A stretch of 64,000 nt of DNA, from assembly GCA_046350795.1 (NCBI GenBank), contig JAXLZT010000001.1, forward strand, positions 309,780 through 373,779, given 5' to 3'. Shown here one piece after another: positions 35,706 through 45,023 of the stretch; position 1 is the stretch's first letter, and every line of letters begins with the position of its first letter. The notes beneath the pieces are model-generated. The model was not told the DNA's origin. It did no database searches and saw only the letters and a program-made list of their open reading frames with translations. This DNA is from Minisyncoccota bacterium. GTDB lineage: Bacteria > Patescibacteriota > Minisyncoccia > Phycocordibacterales > CALRHW01. A program made the position numbers and the translations under genes.

Positions 35706-37520
35706 ATGCAACACATACGTAATTTCTCCATTATTGCCCATATAGATCATGGTAAATCCACTCTTGCTGACCGTATGCTTGAGATTACCAACACTATAGA
35801 AAAGCGTAAAATGATGAATCAGGTGCTTGATACTATGGAGCTTGAGCGTGAGCGAGGTATTACCATAAAGATGCAACCTGTGCGCATGAAGTATTCTCTG
35901 GATGGACAAGAATATATTTTAAACCTTATAGATACACCAGGGCATATTGATTTTTCATACGAAGTATCTCGTGCACTCAAGGCGGTGGAGGGTTCTCTTT
36001 TGCTTGTTGATGCGACTCAGGGTGTACAGGCACAGACACTTACCACGCTTAGTATGGCGCGTGAATCTAATTTAAAAATAATTCCTGTTTTGACAAAAAT
36101 AGATTCAGCGCTTGCTCAGCCGGAGAAGGTGCGGGAAGAGGTAGCAAAACTTTTAGATTGTTCCCAAGATGAAATTATTGAAGTATCAGGAAAAACCGGA
36201 AAGGGTGTAGAGGATCTTTTAAAAGAGATTATTCGTCGTGTGCCACCACCACAAATATCAAGCGATACTTCTGTGACTCAAATGTCAGCTTTATCAAATA
36301 AGTTTAGAAGTCTGGTTTTTGATTTTCAATATTCAAACCATAAAGGTGTCGTTGTGTATGTGCGGGTAATGAGTGGATCAGTATCAAGAAACACACCGCT
36401 ACAGTTTAAAATCGCTGGTGGTAATTTTAATGCAATAGAAGTGGGTACTTTTTCTCCAACACAGATACCATGCGAATCACTCTCTGCTGGCGAGATAGGT
36501 TATATAGTAACAGGCATAAAAGAGTCTGGAATAGCATCTGTGGGAGACACTGTAGCTTCTCAAAATGACACCTTACCACCTTTGGCGGGCTATATGAGCC
36601 CTAGGCCAGTAGTATGGTCTTCTATTTATCCAGAAAGCCAAGATGATTTTATGGTGCTTAAACAAGCCCTAGGCAAGCTCCGTCTCTCGGATTCATCTTT
36701 TACATTTGAAGAAGAGTCGTCAGGTACCCTCGGGCGAGGTTTTCGTTGTGGATTTTTAGGAATGTTGCATTTAGAAATTATCACTGAACGTTTGAGGCGT
36801 GAGTTCAATTTAGACCTTGTGGTGACGACACCGAGTATTACATATGAGGTTAAATACAAAGATGGAAAAAAAGAGATGGTATATTCACCAGCAAAATTTC
36901 CAGAAGAACACTTGTTAGAAAGTGTTCTTGAACCATGGGTAGATGTGACTATCATTACTCCAGCAGATTATTTGAGCCCAATAATGCAAATATTATACGA
37001 TCATGAGGCTGTCGTGGGTGAAACCAACTCTTTTGGTGATAATAGAATGCAAATACATATGGAAATGCCTTTGCGTGAGCTTATGAAAAACTTTTTTGAC
37101 ACCATAAAAAGCGTCTCTGCTGGCTATGCATCACTTTCATATGAAATAAAAGATATGCGACCAGCCGATGTGGTCAAGCTGGAGATACTTGTAGCAGAAG
37201 AGCCTGTGCCAGCTTTTACGCGCGTTACATCTCGTCGTACCGTAGAAAAAGAAGCAGAGGATGCAGTAGAAAAACTTTTCGCTGTTTTACCAAGGCAAAT
37301 GTTCGTTACAAAAATACAGGGCAAGGCTTTGGGTAGAATCATTTCATCCCGCACACTTTCAGCACTAAAAAAAGACGTGACTCAACACATGTACGGAGGA
37401 GATATTACCCGAAAAATGAAGCTACGCGAAAAACAAAAGAAAGGAAAGAAAAAAATGAAAGCTATGGGAAAAGTAAATATACCAAATGATGTATTTTTAA
37501 AGATGGTGAAATCAGACTAG
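35706..37520 (+). CDS. lepA: elongation factor 4 (LepA)
   Basis: Motifs are 'IRNFSIIAHIDHGKSTLADR' (G1), 'DTPGHIDF' (G3) and 'TKID' (G4). A LepA_C domain is present. Start is at the in-frame ATG 35706 (MQHIRNF); the longer track ORF from 35586 overlaps murJ. Confidence 0.9.
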   Translation: MQHIRNFSIIAHIDHGKSTLADRMLEITNTIEKRKMMNQVLDTMELERERGITIKMQPVRMKYSLDGQEYILNLIDTPGHIDFSYEVSRALKAVEGSLLLVDATQGVQAQTLTTLSMARESNLKIIPVLTKIDSALAQPEKVREEVAKLLDCSQDEIIEVSGKTGKGVEDLLKEIIRRVPPPQISSDTSVTQMSALSNKFRSLVFDFQYSNHKGVVVYVRVMSGSVSRNTPLQFKIAGGNFNAIEVGTFSPTQIPCESLSAGEIGYIVTGIKESGIASVGDTVASQNDTLPPLAGYMSPRPVVWSSIYPESQDDFMVLKQALGKLRLSDSSFTFEEESSGTLGRGFRCGFLGMLHLEIITERLRREFNLDLVVTTPSITYEVKYKDGKKEMVYSPAKFPEEHLLESVLEPWVDVTIITPADYLSPIMQILYDHEAVVGETNSFGDNRMQIHMEMPLRELMKNFFDTIKSVSAGYASLSYEIKDMRPADVVKLEILVAEEPVPAFTRVTSRRTVEKEAEDAVEKLFAVLPRQMFVTKIQGKALGRIISSRTLSALKKDVTQHMYGGDITRKMKLREKQKKGKKKMKAMGKVNIPNDVFLKMVKSD

Positions 37521-37664
37521 CGCCAAAGAGACGGTACAGAAAAAATTATCATACTCAATATGATAAAAGCACAGATGATGGTCCAGACAAATTTGATTTT
37601 CTTTTGATGCTTTTTTTGGAATAACATATCGTTTCGGTTTTATAATGATATTATATAGGGTAGC

Positions 37665-38051
37665 ATGCTTGAGCGAGAATTTCAAAAGAGACGCAAAATA
37701 CGTAATAGGATATATTCAAAAACGACAGTTGTCGTCCTTCTTATTGTGATCTTGATTATGACTCGTGCTACTTGGAGAGTTTACAAAACAAAAATAGAGA
37801 GTCGGAAAGATTTTGAAAAAGTATCATCTGAATTGGAATCTATGCGTGCCAGAGAGGCGGAGTTGAAATATGAAATCGATCGTCTCAATACTAATAAAGG
37901 TACAGAAGAGGAGATTCGTAAAAAGTTTAATGTTGCTAAAGATGGTGAGGGTGTGGTCTATGTCGTAGATTCAAAAGAAAGCGAGGAAAATGAACCAATA
38001 GAAGCTAGTTTTATTCAAAAAATATGGAAAAGGGTGGGGGATATTTTTTAA
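37665..38051 (+). CDS. septum formation initiator family protein (FtsB/DivIC-like)
   Basis: A single TM helix is followed by the coiled coil 'ELESMRAREAELKYEIDRLN' and then a 'KDGEGVVYV' C-terminal beta-motif, typical of FtsB/DivIC. Confidence 0.6.
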   Translation: MLEREFQKRRKIRNRIYSKTTVVVLLIVILIMTRATWRVYKTKIESRKDFEKVSSELESMRAREAELKYEIDRLNTNKGTEEEIRKKFNVAKDGEGVVYVVDSKESEENEPIEASFIQKIWKRVGDIF

Positions 38052-38093
38052 GATCTTTTTTGCATCTTTTTTAGACGCTGATATAATAGGCCT

Positions 38094-38333
38094 ATGAAAA
38101 AAGTATCAATATATTCAACACCAACCTGTCATTATTGTAATTTAGCAAAAGAATATTTTGCACAAAACAATGTTCCTTTTGAGAATTTTAATGTTTCCGA
38201 GGATGCAAATAGGCGTCAGGAAATGATAGACAGGACAGGTCAGATGGGTGTGCCGGTAATAATGATTGATGACGAACTCATTGTTGGTTTCAACAAGCCA
38301 CTTATAGCACAGCTTTTGGGTCTTCCTGCCTAG
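38094..38333 (+). CDS. glutaredoxin-like protein (NrdH/YruB-type)
   Basis: The active site is 'VSIYSTPTCHYCNLAKEYF' (CxxC), and later motifs 'TVPQIFIDDEL'-like 'GVPVIMIDDELIVGF' are present. Length is 79 aa. Confidence 0.7.
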   Translation: MKKVSIYSTPTCHYCNLAKEYFAQNNVPFENFNVSEDANRRQEMIDRTGQMGVPVIMIDDELIVGFNKPLIAQLLGLPA

Positions 38334-38345
38334 TTTTCTGTGCAT

Positions 38346-38417
38346 GCCGTCGTAGTTCAATGGATAGAACAGTCCCGTCCTAAGGGATAGATGTAGGTTC
38401 GATTCCTACCGGTGGCA
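38346..38417 (+). tRNA. tRNA-Arg (anticodon CCT)
   Basis: The manually folded cloverleaf has acceptor GCCGTCG/CGGTGGC, D-stem GTTC/GAAC, anticodon stem GTCCC/GGGAT with loop gTCCTaa, and T-arm GTAGG-TTCGATT-CCTAC. No encoded CCA. Confidence 0.75.
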
Positions 38418-38465
38418 CATTTTAGCCTTTGATTTCCGCGTATTTTCTGCTATAATCTCTCTTGT

Positions 38466-38711
38466 ATGAACCCAGAAGAAAGAGCGCTCATTGAGGAAAC
38501 ACTCGCTATTTCGCGAGAAAATAACAATATACTAAAGAGCATGCGGAGATCTGCTCGTTTGGGTCGTATAATGCAGATTACGTATTGGTTGCTCATAATC
38601 GGCGCTTCTGTGGGTGCATATTATTTCATTCAGCCATATATTGAACAGTTGCTTGGAGTATATAGTGGGGTGCAGGATGGGGTAATGAAAGTAAACGATT
38701 TTTTTCAGTAG
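38466..38711 (+). CDS. small hypothetical membrane protein (81 aa)
   Basis: The ORF has one predicted TM helix (ITYWLLIIGASVGAYYFI). No family was recognised. Confidence 0.35.
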   Translation: MNPEERALIEETLAISRENNNILKSMRRSARLGRIMQITYWLLIIGASVGAYYFIQPYIEQLLGVYSGVQDGVMKVNDFFQ

Positions 38712-38744
38712 ATTCTGTTTTTTCTGTTATTGTATTTTATATAT

Positions 38745-38820
38745 GCCGAGGTAGCTCAGTTGGTAGAGCATGTGCCTGAAGAGCATGGGGTCGGCGGTTC
38801 AAGTCCGCCCCTCGGCACCA
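38745..38820 (+). tRNA. tRNA-Phe (anticodon GAA)
   Basis: The cloverleaf has acceptor GCCGAGG/CCTCGGC, D-arm TAGCTCAGTTGGTAGAGC, anticodon loop CTGAAGA, and T-arm GGCGG-TTCAAGT-CCGCC, with an encoded CCA. The track ORF 38730..38930 overlaps it and is spurious. Confidence 0.85.
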
Positions 38821-38960
38821 AAGATAAAAAACCGCCCAAATTGTGGCGATTTTTTTATGTATTGACTAAAACTCAATTATCCTGTTTCATTAATAAAAGA
38901 CAGTACAATTGCCACTGTGGCAGTTTGTAGACTTTCGCACTTTGAGTGGGGGTGTAATAT

Positions 38961-39629
38961 ATGCCAAGAAAAACCGATGTTCAGACCTCTCCAGAGACCG
39001 TGATCCGTCGCAGGATTTCAGACTCAGAGCTTGAATTGGCAGAGTGCAGTCCGTTTCTGCCAAAGCCTCTAGAGAAGTTCTACTACTTCAGTGATGATCA
39101 GAGGGATGCGTGCTTTCGTTTGATTGTGTTGGTGGGGGAGGCGCACCTTTTCTTTGGTCGTCGTATGGAGCTTGTGGAAAAAGTCACTCGAGACAGAGCT
39201 TTGGGTGCAATCGATCACGTCAAGGGTGAGATCTCAAGGTTCACGCAAATGTTCGTCGACACTCTGGAAGGCGTGCGCACTGGTGACACGACGTTTGATG
39301 TCGCCACTATTCGTACGGGTTGCGTTTTTCGATTTCGTCTCAAGGTTTTTGCTCTCGGTCTAGCGATCGAATTGAGCAGGATTACTTTTGACAAAATCGA
39401 CACAAGAAGACTGTTCGCTCACAACGTCAGGTTGAGCGAGATGGACAGTGTCTTGATGGAAGGAGCGCGACAGTCTCCAGAGCTTTTCCCGATCTCTCTG
39501 GTGGAATACTGGAGATCGAACGTGGTCAGTCCTTATCGATCGTTGCTACTTACGCAACCGTATGCGAAGTCGAGATTTTTGGCTCGCATGCGTCACCAAG
39601 CAGTCTCCCTTCACAAGCTCTGTGAGTAA
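38961..39629 (+). CDS. hypothetical protein encoded in an anomalously GC-rich islet (no recognisable family)
   Basis: This is the longest ORF of a ~1.2 kb patch (38.94-40.11 kb) whose GC content and codon usage (GC-ending codons) differ sharply from the flanking ~35% GC DNA. It lies just downstream of tRNA-Phe. Confidence 0.45.
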   Translation: MPRKTDVQTSPETVIRRRISDSELELAECSPFLPKPLEKFYYFSDDQRDACFRLIVLVGEAHLFFGRRMELVEKVTRDRALGAIDHVKGEISRFTQMFVDTLEGVRTGDTTFDVATIRTGCVFRFRLKVFALGLAIELSRITFDKIDTRRLFAHNVRLSEMDSVLMEGARQSPELFPISLVEYWRSNVVSPYRSLLLTQPYAKSRFLARMRHQAVSLHKLCE

Positions 39630-39671
39630 TATGGTGGTACTTTCCACCAACTGTGTCTACGGGGGTAGAAA

Positions 39672-40085
39672 TTGGGCAGATCAAATCCAACCTCAGAGGA
39701 GAATCACGTGAGACATCAGGAAGTCTCGATCAGGGGTCTCGAGGATGCTTTTGAGAGTTTGCGTCATTCCTCAGAAGTGTCCATGGAGCCGGACGAAGTT
39801 CTGGCCGAACTCAGCTCTCGGGTGATTGAGATCCGCACACACCTGGCTTCTGCCGGGGTTGACTGTGCGGCGATTGATCGCAAGCTCACCACAAATGCGT
39901 GGATGCTCTTGCCAGCGCTCAGAAACAGCCCCATCATCAGCAATCACAGGAAGTTTCTCGCTGATCGGGGTGTCCCTGTGCATGACTGCTGGTGGCTCAA
40001 GAAGCGCTTCTGGGTGGTCGTCGAGGGGCAGTATCTCGAACGCAAGCTCGCGCTGTCTAAACTTGCCCTGGAAAAAGGGGCATGA
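39672..40085 (+). CDS. hypothetical protein, second ORF of the GC-rich islet
   Basis: The ORF is 137 aa, GC-rich, and followed by a strong bidirectional terminator. No family was recognised, and alternative overlapping frames exist, as expected in GC-rich DNA. Confidence 0.4.
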   Translation: MGRSNPTSEENHVRHQEVSIRGLEDAFESLRHSSEVSMEPDEVLAELSSRVIEIRTHLASAGVDCAAIDRKLTTNAWMLLPALRNSPIISNHRKFLADRGVPVHDCWWLKKRFWVVVEGQYLERKLALSKLALEKGA

Positions 40086-40124
40086 CGTGAGATGCGTTAC
40101 GTGAAATGATGGTACTCTCCATCG

Positions 40125-40155
40125 AAAGGGCTCCGCAATTGCGGAGCCCTTTATA
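40125..40155. terminator. bidirectional rho-independent terminator between the GC-rich islet and convergent hsp20
   Basis: The sequence is cgaaaGGGCTCCGCaattGCGGAGCCCtttatac, a perfect 10-bp stem. Confidence 0.7.
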
Positions 40156-40157
40156 CT

Positions 40158-40622
40158 TTATGAATTATTTTTTACTCTAAGTTTTGCCTGTTTTGATTTG
40201 TCTAGTTTTGGTAATTTTATTATGAGTAGGCCGTGCTTTTCTATTGCTTCTGAATCTTCTATCTCTACTTCTTGAGGTAACATTATGGTGCGAGAAAAAC
40301 TACCCCAATATAATTCTCGATTAAAATAATCCTCATCACGTATAAGTCTTTCAGATTCTCTTTTTCCTCTTATTGTAACCATATCTCTGGTGATGCTGAT
40401 ATCTAGATCTTCTGGTCGGACACCCGCCACCATTGTTTTTATAATTATATCTGTGGATGTTTGGTACATATCTATCGTTAATTCTCCATCTCCGTTTTCT
40501 TCGTCTTCTGCTTCGCTGTCGCGCATTTCAGAAACGCCAATATTTCTTTTTTCCAAAGCAAAATCCTCGTCCACTCTTACTGCGCCGGTTAACTTTTCAA
40601 AAAATGATCTTTTGATTGACAT
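40158..40622 (-). CDS. Hsp20/alpha-crystallin family small heat-shock protein
   Basis: The alpha-crystallin domain is 'LTIDMYQT...DLDISITRDMVTIRGKRE...FSRTIMLPQEVE...AIEKHGLLIIKLPK'. Confidence 0.85.
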   Translation of the reverse strand: MSIKRSFFEKLTGAVRVDEDFALEKRNIGVSEMRDSEAEDEENGDGELTIDMYQTSTDIIIKTMVAGVRPEDLDISITRDMVTIRGKRESERLIRDEDYFNRELYWGSFSRTIMLPQEVEIEDSEAIEKHGLLIIKLPKLDKSKQAKLRVKNNS

Positions 40623-40634
40623 GAATATCTTGAT

Positions 40635-41390
40635 TTAATGTACTAAACTTTTTATTTTCTCAAAAAATAACATTAGTCCTGCTGTACATAGCCACAATAT
40701 TGAAAATACAATAAAAGTATTGCTTCCGTTCTCATTCATTATAAATAAATTGAAGACAGTATGCAATGCAATCGCAATGATTAATCCGATGAATGTGTAA
40801 AAATTGCGTATTTTTGGATGTCTGTAAAAAGAAAATGCAATAAATATACCGACAGTTGCTGAGGCTATAGTATGTAAAAGACTTGCTCCCACAAAACGTA
40901 AGTTGCTAGTGATAATGGTGTCTGCCAAGTAGCTTGTGTTTATAACTCTTATGCTTTGTATAGAGTTTTCTATCATTGGAGAAAGTAGAAAAAGAGTGTT
41001 TTCTATGGCCACAAATCCAAGAGCGGCTGTAATGAGATATATGACGGCGTCTATGGGTTCATCTAGCTCTTTTCTGTGGAAAACTGCAAAGAAACCAGCT
41101 CCAAACTTAAAAATTTCTTCTATTGTGGCCCAAAGTAGAAAAAGTAGCACTGGATATGCCCCAAAATATTTTGAAGCTAAAAATTGAAAGGGAATTACAA
41201 GCGGAACAGCGATCATTCCAGCTATAAAGGTTCTTGCGACCAATCTTTTTGGCTCGGGTGATTTTTTGTCTTCGCGAAGCCAAAACCAAAGCCATAAAAG
41301 TGCTGGTAAAATACCCATAATAATACTAAATAGTAATGTAAAAGTGCTGGGCATAGTTTGATTTGTATAAATAATACCACATTGACTCAA
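40635..41390 (-). CDS. PrsW-family intramembrane metalloprotease-like membrane protein
   Basis: It has a multi-TM structure with PrsW motifs 'EEIFKFG' (EExxK), 'FVAIENTLF' (FxxxE) and 'LHTIASATVG' (H). The start may be the internal Met at ~41354. Confidence 0.65.
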   Translation of the reverse strand: MSQCGIIYTNQTMPSTFTLLFSIIMGILPALLWLWFWLREDKKSPEPKRLVARTFIAGMIAVPLVIPFQFLASKYFGAYPVLLFLLWATIEEIFKFGAGFFAVFHRKELDEPIDAVIYLITAALGFVAIENTLFLLSPMIENSIQSIRVINTSYLADTIITSNLRFVGASLLHTIASATVGIFIAFSFYRHPKIRNFYTFIGLIIAIALHTVFNLFIMNENGSNTFIVFSILWLCTAGLMLFFEKIKSLVH

Positions 41391-41744
41391 TGGTTAGTTT
41401 TATTTTTTAAAATGTTATCAACACCTTGTTAAAAATAAAAAGTGTGTTGTAAATTTTACAGCTTTTTTATCGTCAGCGCTCTGTATGAAGGACTTTTAAA
41501 GGACATTCTGTATTAAATAATTTGTCTTTTATAATGTCTCTAAAAATATAATCTTAATAAAGGACATAAACAAATATGGTAAAAGACATTTTATAAACTT
41601 GTTTTGATAGTTAAAAATCCTCAATATATTAGCAATATAATAATGTTTTTTTATTGACAATATATTTTGTTTAAGTGAAAATTCTTGCATAAGAGAGTTA
41701 AGAAAATTTTGCTAAACATAAAAGATAGGCTAAAAAATTAAATT

Positions 41745-43010
41745 ATGAAATTTCATAAACATCACAAAAATTCCTCAAAGACCATTTTCTTGTTTGTGAC
41801 AATTTTTTTTGCTTTTGTTTTAGCTTTACCGTTGAGATCTGAAGCTTCTGATTTAAGATGCCAATTTTTGACTGGTGATGTTGTTTGGGGATCTACAAAA
41901 AACGAACCAGTGGAGGTTGCAAAAATTCAATATTTTCTAAAACAATATGAGGGTTTTTCTAATATTGAAATCAATGGTATTTACAATACACAGACCATAA
42001 ATGCTGTCATTAATTTTCAAGAAAAATATAAAGAAGAAGTACTAAAACCTTGGGGATATGAAAAAGGAACTGGGGTGGTATATTTTTTGACCAGAAATAA
42101 GATAAATGAGGTTGTTTGTGGTATAGATATTCCTTTGACCGCATTGCAAGAAAAAGAGATTAGAGATTTTAAGTTATCAAATAGTATTAAAACAGCCCCA
42201 CCTACCGTCGAACCTGTTTCAGTTTCTACACCAAAAAATAATCCTTTTGCTATGCCACAGGTTGATAAGCCGGCGGTTGTCACTGCGCCTGCTGTAGTTG
42301 CTACTGCGCCTGCTATAGAGCCTGTCTCCCAACTCGTTTCATCACCAACGCCTGAAAAACCACAAACACCCATAGAAATACTAAAGGATGAATCAAATGA
42401 AAAAATTTTTGGTGGATGGTTTTCATCTTTTGTTTTGCATTCAGATACTACAAAGCTATCAGTATTTTATGTACCAAAAGGGATTGATTTTGTTGAATCG
42501 TTTATATTGTTCATAGTTTCTTTACTTATAATAAACGTTCTTTCAACCATGATTGGAAAGAGACGTTCTGTTGTGTTTGTAGTCGGATCACTTGTAGCTA
42601 TAGCGTTTTCTGTGCTTTTAAATCGAGCCTATCTGATCATTCCTTTTTTGGCGGTACTTTTAGTTTCTCTATTTATTTTTATAAAAAATACTTTGAAAAA
42701 AGATGCACAAGAATACGAGGAATCAGTATTTAATGTGGAGCCGGAAAATGTGCCAGATGTAATATTAGAAGAACCAGCTCATGAGCCAGTACATATGATG
42801 TTACCAGTAGAAGAGCCAGATGTGGTGTTGGAGCCAGCTGTAGATATAGAAATTAAGCCAGAAGTTTTGCAGTCAGTGCCGGAAGTGTCTACACAACAAG
42901 AAGTAAAAATAATAATGGGTCATGTGGTGCCCGCAAACCTACCAGATCAAACGCCTGTACAAAATAATTCAATACAGAACACAACAACAGACGGACCTGC
43001 AAAATTTTAG
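41745..43010 (+). CDS. secreted/membrane-anchored protein with peptidoglycan-binding (PG_binding_1-like) domain and Pro/Val/Glu-rich linker
   Basis: It has a signal peptide. 'VAKIQYFLKQYEGFSNIEINGIYNTQTINAVINFQEKY' fits the PG_binding_1 helical motif. Three hydrophobic helices lie in the C-terminal half. Confidence 0.55.
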   Translation: MKFHKHHKNSSKTIFLFVTIFFAFVLALPLRSEASDLRCQFLTGDVVWGSTKNEPVEVAKIQYFLKQYEGFSNIEINGIYNTQTINAVINFQEKYKEEVLKPWGYEKGTGVVYFLTRNKINEVVCGIDIPLTALQEKEIRDFKLSNSIKTAPPTVEPVSVSTPKNNPFAMPQVDKPAVVTAPAVVATAPAIEPVSQLVSSPTPEKPQTPIEILKDESNEKIFGGWFSSFVLHSDTTKLSVFYVPKGIDFVESFILFIVSLLIINVLSTMIGKRRSVVFVVGSLVAIAFSVLLNRAYLIIPFLAVLLVSLFIFIKNTLKKDAQEYEESVFNVEPENVPDVILEEPAHEPVHMMLPVEEPDVVLEPAVDIEIKPEVLQSVPEVSTQQEVKIIMGHVVPANLPDQTPVQNNSIQNTTTDGPAKF

Positions 43011-43023
43011 ATTGAAAGATTTT

Positions 43024-44208
43024 TTATAATCTCGCATTACCTTCTGCTCGTATCGTTTTGGCGTCTGTTTTTAGGATATCTTTATTATTTAAAATTTGAA
43101 TATATCCAGCCATTGCTATCATCACAGCATTGTCTGTGGCTAGGGACATTTCTGGTACAAATACTTTAAAATCTTCAGACGAACTTTTTTCTAGTTTTAA
43201 AAATTCAGAACGGATTTGCTTGTTTGCTATTACGCCCCCTCCTATAATGAGTGATTTTACTCCATATTTTTCTATGGCTTTTTTTGTTTTGTCTAAAAGT
43301 ACTTCTACTACAGCGTCTTCGAAAGCGAGCGCGATTTGCTGTTTTATCTTTTCAGTCAGCTCCGGTATCTCTTTTATTGTATAAAGCACGGATGTCTTTA
43401 GACCAGAAAAAGAAAAATCAAAATCATGTGAATGAATCATTGGTCTAGGAAAAACAAATGGGTTTATTGCATTTTTTTCGCCCGCTGTGGCTTCCCTGCG
43501 TTCTTTTTCTGCAAGTTTTGAAATCTCTGGTCCGCCAGGATACGGCAGAGAAAGCATTCTTGCTACTTTGTCAAAAGCTTCGCCGACGGCGTCATCGCGA
43601 GTTTCTCCTATGACTTTATATTTACCCCAGCCAGATATTTGCACTATTTCTGTGTGACCACCACTGATGAGTAAAGCGAGAGCGGGGAAATTGATTTCAT
43701 TTTTTGTAGAAGTGAGCACAGATAGTATATGTCCTTCCATGTGATTTACTGGTATCACAGGAATACCCCAAATGTATCCAAGCGCTTTTGCAAAGCTGAT
43801 ACCCACCCACAGTGCTGGCTCAAGTCCCGGTCCAAATGTGACAGCGATAGCGTCTATATCAGGTCGCGCCACTTTTTCTATGTATTTTAGTAATGGCTCA
43901 AAAATCTCAACCTCTTTTTCTAGTATTTTTCTAAGATGTGATTTTTGTTCTTCGGAAAGGGGTGAGTCTTGTTTTTCCACGAAATGTATCTGATCAAAAA
44001 GGTTTTGCAAAAGTGGCACAAGGTTTTTCGCGTGTTCGCGTTTTGCCACAGCAGGAAATACACCGCCGTATTCTGCATGTATTTTTATTTGAGAAAAAAG
44101 GGAAGTGCTAAGTACGGAAAAATCAAACACATTTCCAGGTGTGTTTTTGCCCTCTATGATACTTAGCGCCGTCTCATCACAGCTTGTTTCTATACCTAGT
44201 ATTTTCAT
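43024..44208 (-). CDS. tsaD: tRNA N6-adenosine threonylcarbamoyltransferase TsaD (Kae1/YgjD family)
   Basis: 'MKILGIETSCDETALSII' plus metal-binding motifs 'VNHMEGH' and 'GGV' are present. Start is placed at the MKILGIETS methionine; the track ORF extends 29 codons further into GC-rich foreign-looking DNA. Confidence 0.9.
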   Translation of the reverse strand: MKILGIETSCDETALSIIEGKNTPGNVFDFSVLSTSLFSQIKIHAEYGGVFPAVAKREHAKNLVPLLQNLFDQIHFVEKQDSPLSEEQKSHLRKILEKEVEIFEPLLKYIEKVARPDIDAIAVTFGPGLEPALWVGISFAKALGYIWGIPVIPVNHMEGHILSVLTSTKNEINFPALALLISGGHTEIVQISGWGKYKVIGETRDDAVGEAFDKVARMLSLPYPGGPEISKLAEKERREATAGEKNAINPFVFPRPMIHSHDFDFSFSGLKTSVLYTIKEIPELTEKIKQQIALAFEDAVVEVLLDKTKKAIEKYGVKSLIIGGGVIANKQIRSEFLKLEKSSSEDFKVFVPEMSLATDNAVMIAMAGYIQILNNKDILKTDAKTIRAEGNARL

Positions 44209-44335
44209 GTTTTTTATCATCCCAACTTTATCATCTGATTCGTCTTTATACAAAAGGAAAACCTCGGCGCGCACCTGTGTGCGCACCGAGGTCATTGACC
44301 TTCGTGATCATCGCGACCAGCCCGACTCGTGCCCC

Positions 44336-44875
44336 CTAGCTGTACTTCTGAGAAAACAAGTTGGCCGCCAACTCGACGTAGAAGTCCTTCTCCTCCTCTA
44401 TGAGCCCCGCTGTCAGGAGGGTGTGGTAGGTATCGTTGAACACCTGCTCAGCTTCAGCCAAGTCTCGCTCGTTGCGTTCGCGATTATTGGGTTCATGATT
44501 GAGCTTGGCACGATTTTCCTGGACATTCAACGCCAAGTAGACCAGTCGATCGTGTGCACGGCCTTCGAGTACGCTCATGTCACTTCTGACCACTTGTGAT
44601 GGAGTGTACCTCTGTACGCATCCATCCGTGAAGTACAGGTTTTCTGCGACTTTTCTGGCCCACCTACAGAAGCCGGCAACCAAGCGCTTTTCCAGATCAT
44701 TTCCGTTGCCGGAGACGACCTTTTGGGCGATCTCTGCTGGATCAGCACCGTGCGTTTCCTCCCAGTATCTCAGTACTTGCCAGTTGAACTGTTGGTGTCT
44801 TTGGTGTGATTTGTGCATGCTCGCAGCCCACACCGCATCGTCTTTTGCAAGACTTTTCGATTTACGCAGACTCAT
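44336..44875 (-). CDS. hypothetical protein in second GC-rich islet (no recognisable family)
   Basis: This is a 179-aa ORF in a ~0.65 kb GC-rich patch directly upstream of tsaD. Two perfect short hairpins (GCGCACctgtGTGCGC; GGTCAttgTGACC) separate it from tsaD. Confidence 0.4.
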   Translation of the reverse strand: MSLRKSKSLAKDDAVWAASMHKSHQRHQQFNWQVLRYWEETHGADPAEIAQKVVSGNGNDLEKRLVAGFCRWARKVAENLYFTDGCVQRYTPSQVVRSDMSVLEGRAHDRLVYLALNVQENRAKLNHEPNNRERNERDLAEAEQVFNDTYHTLLTAGLIEEEKDFYVELAANLFSQKYS

Positions 44876-45023
44876 GTCGTGCTCCTTGAGTAGCGGTTTT
44901 TGGGTAGAGAGCGAATTCTTTATATAAGATTATTTATTAATCAAACTGTGTCAACCTCTTGAAAGAGTGTCTTTTGGTGAGCCTAATCGAGATGCGACCC
45001 AAGGATTCATTGCCCTGTAAGGC

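Noticed and set aside
38730-38930. 66-aa ORF in the track
   Set aside because: It overlaps tRNA-Phe almost entirely. Its translation (…AQLVEHVPEEHGVGGSSPPLG) is the typical artefact of reading through a tRNA gene.
43024-44295. Full 423-aa track ORF for tsaD
   Set aside because: The first 29 codons lie in the GC-rich foreign islet and hairpin region. The conserved Kae1/TsaD N-terminus begins at MKILGIETS (start ~44208).
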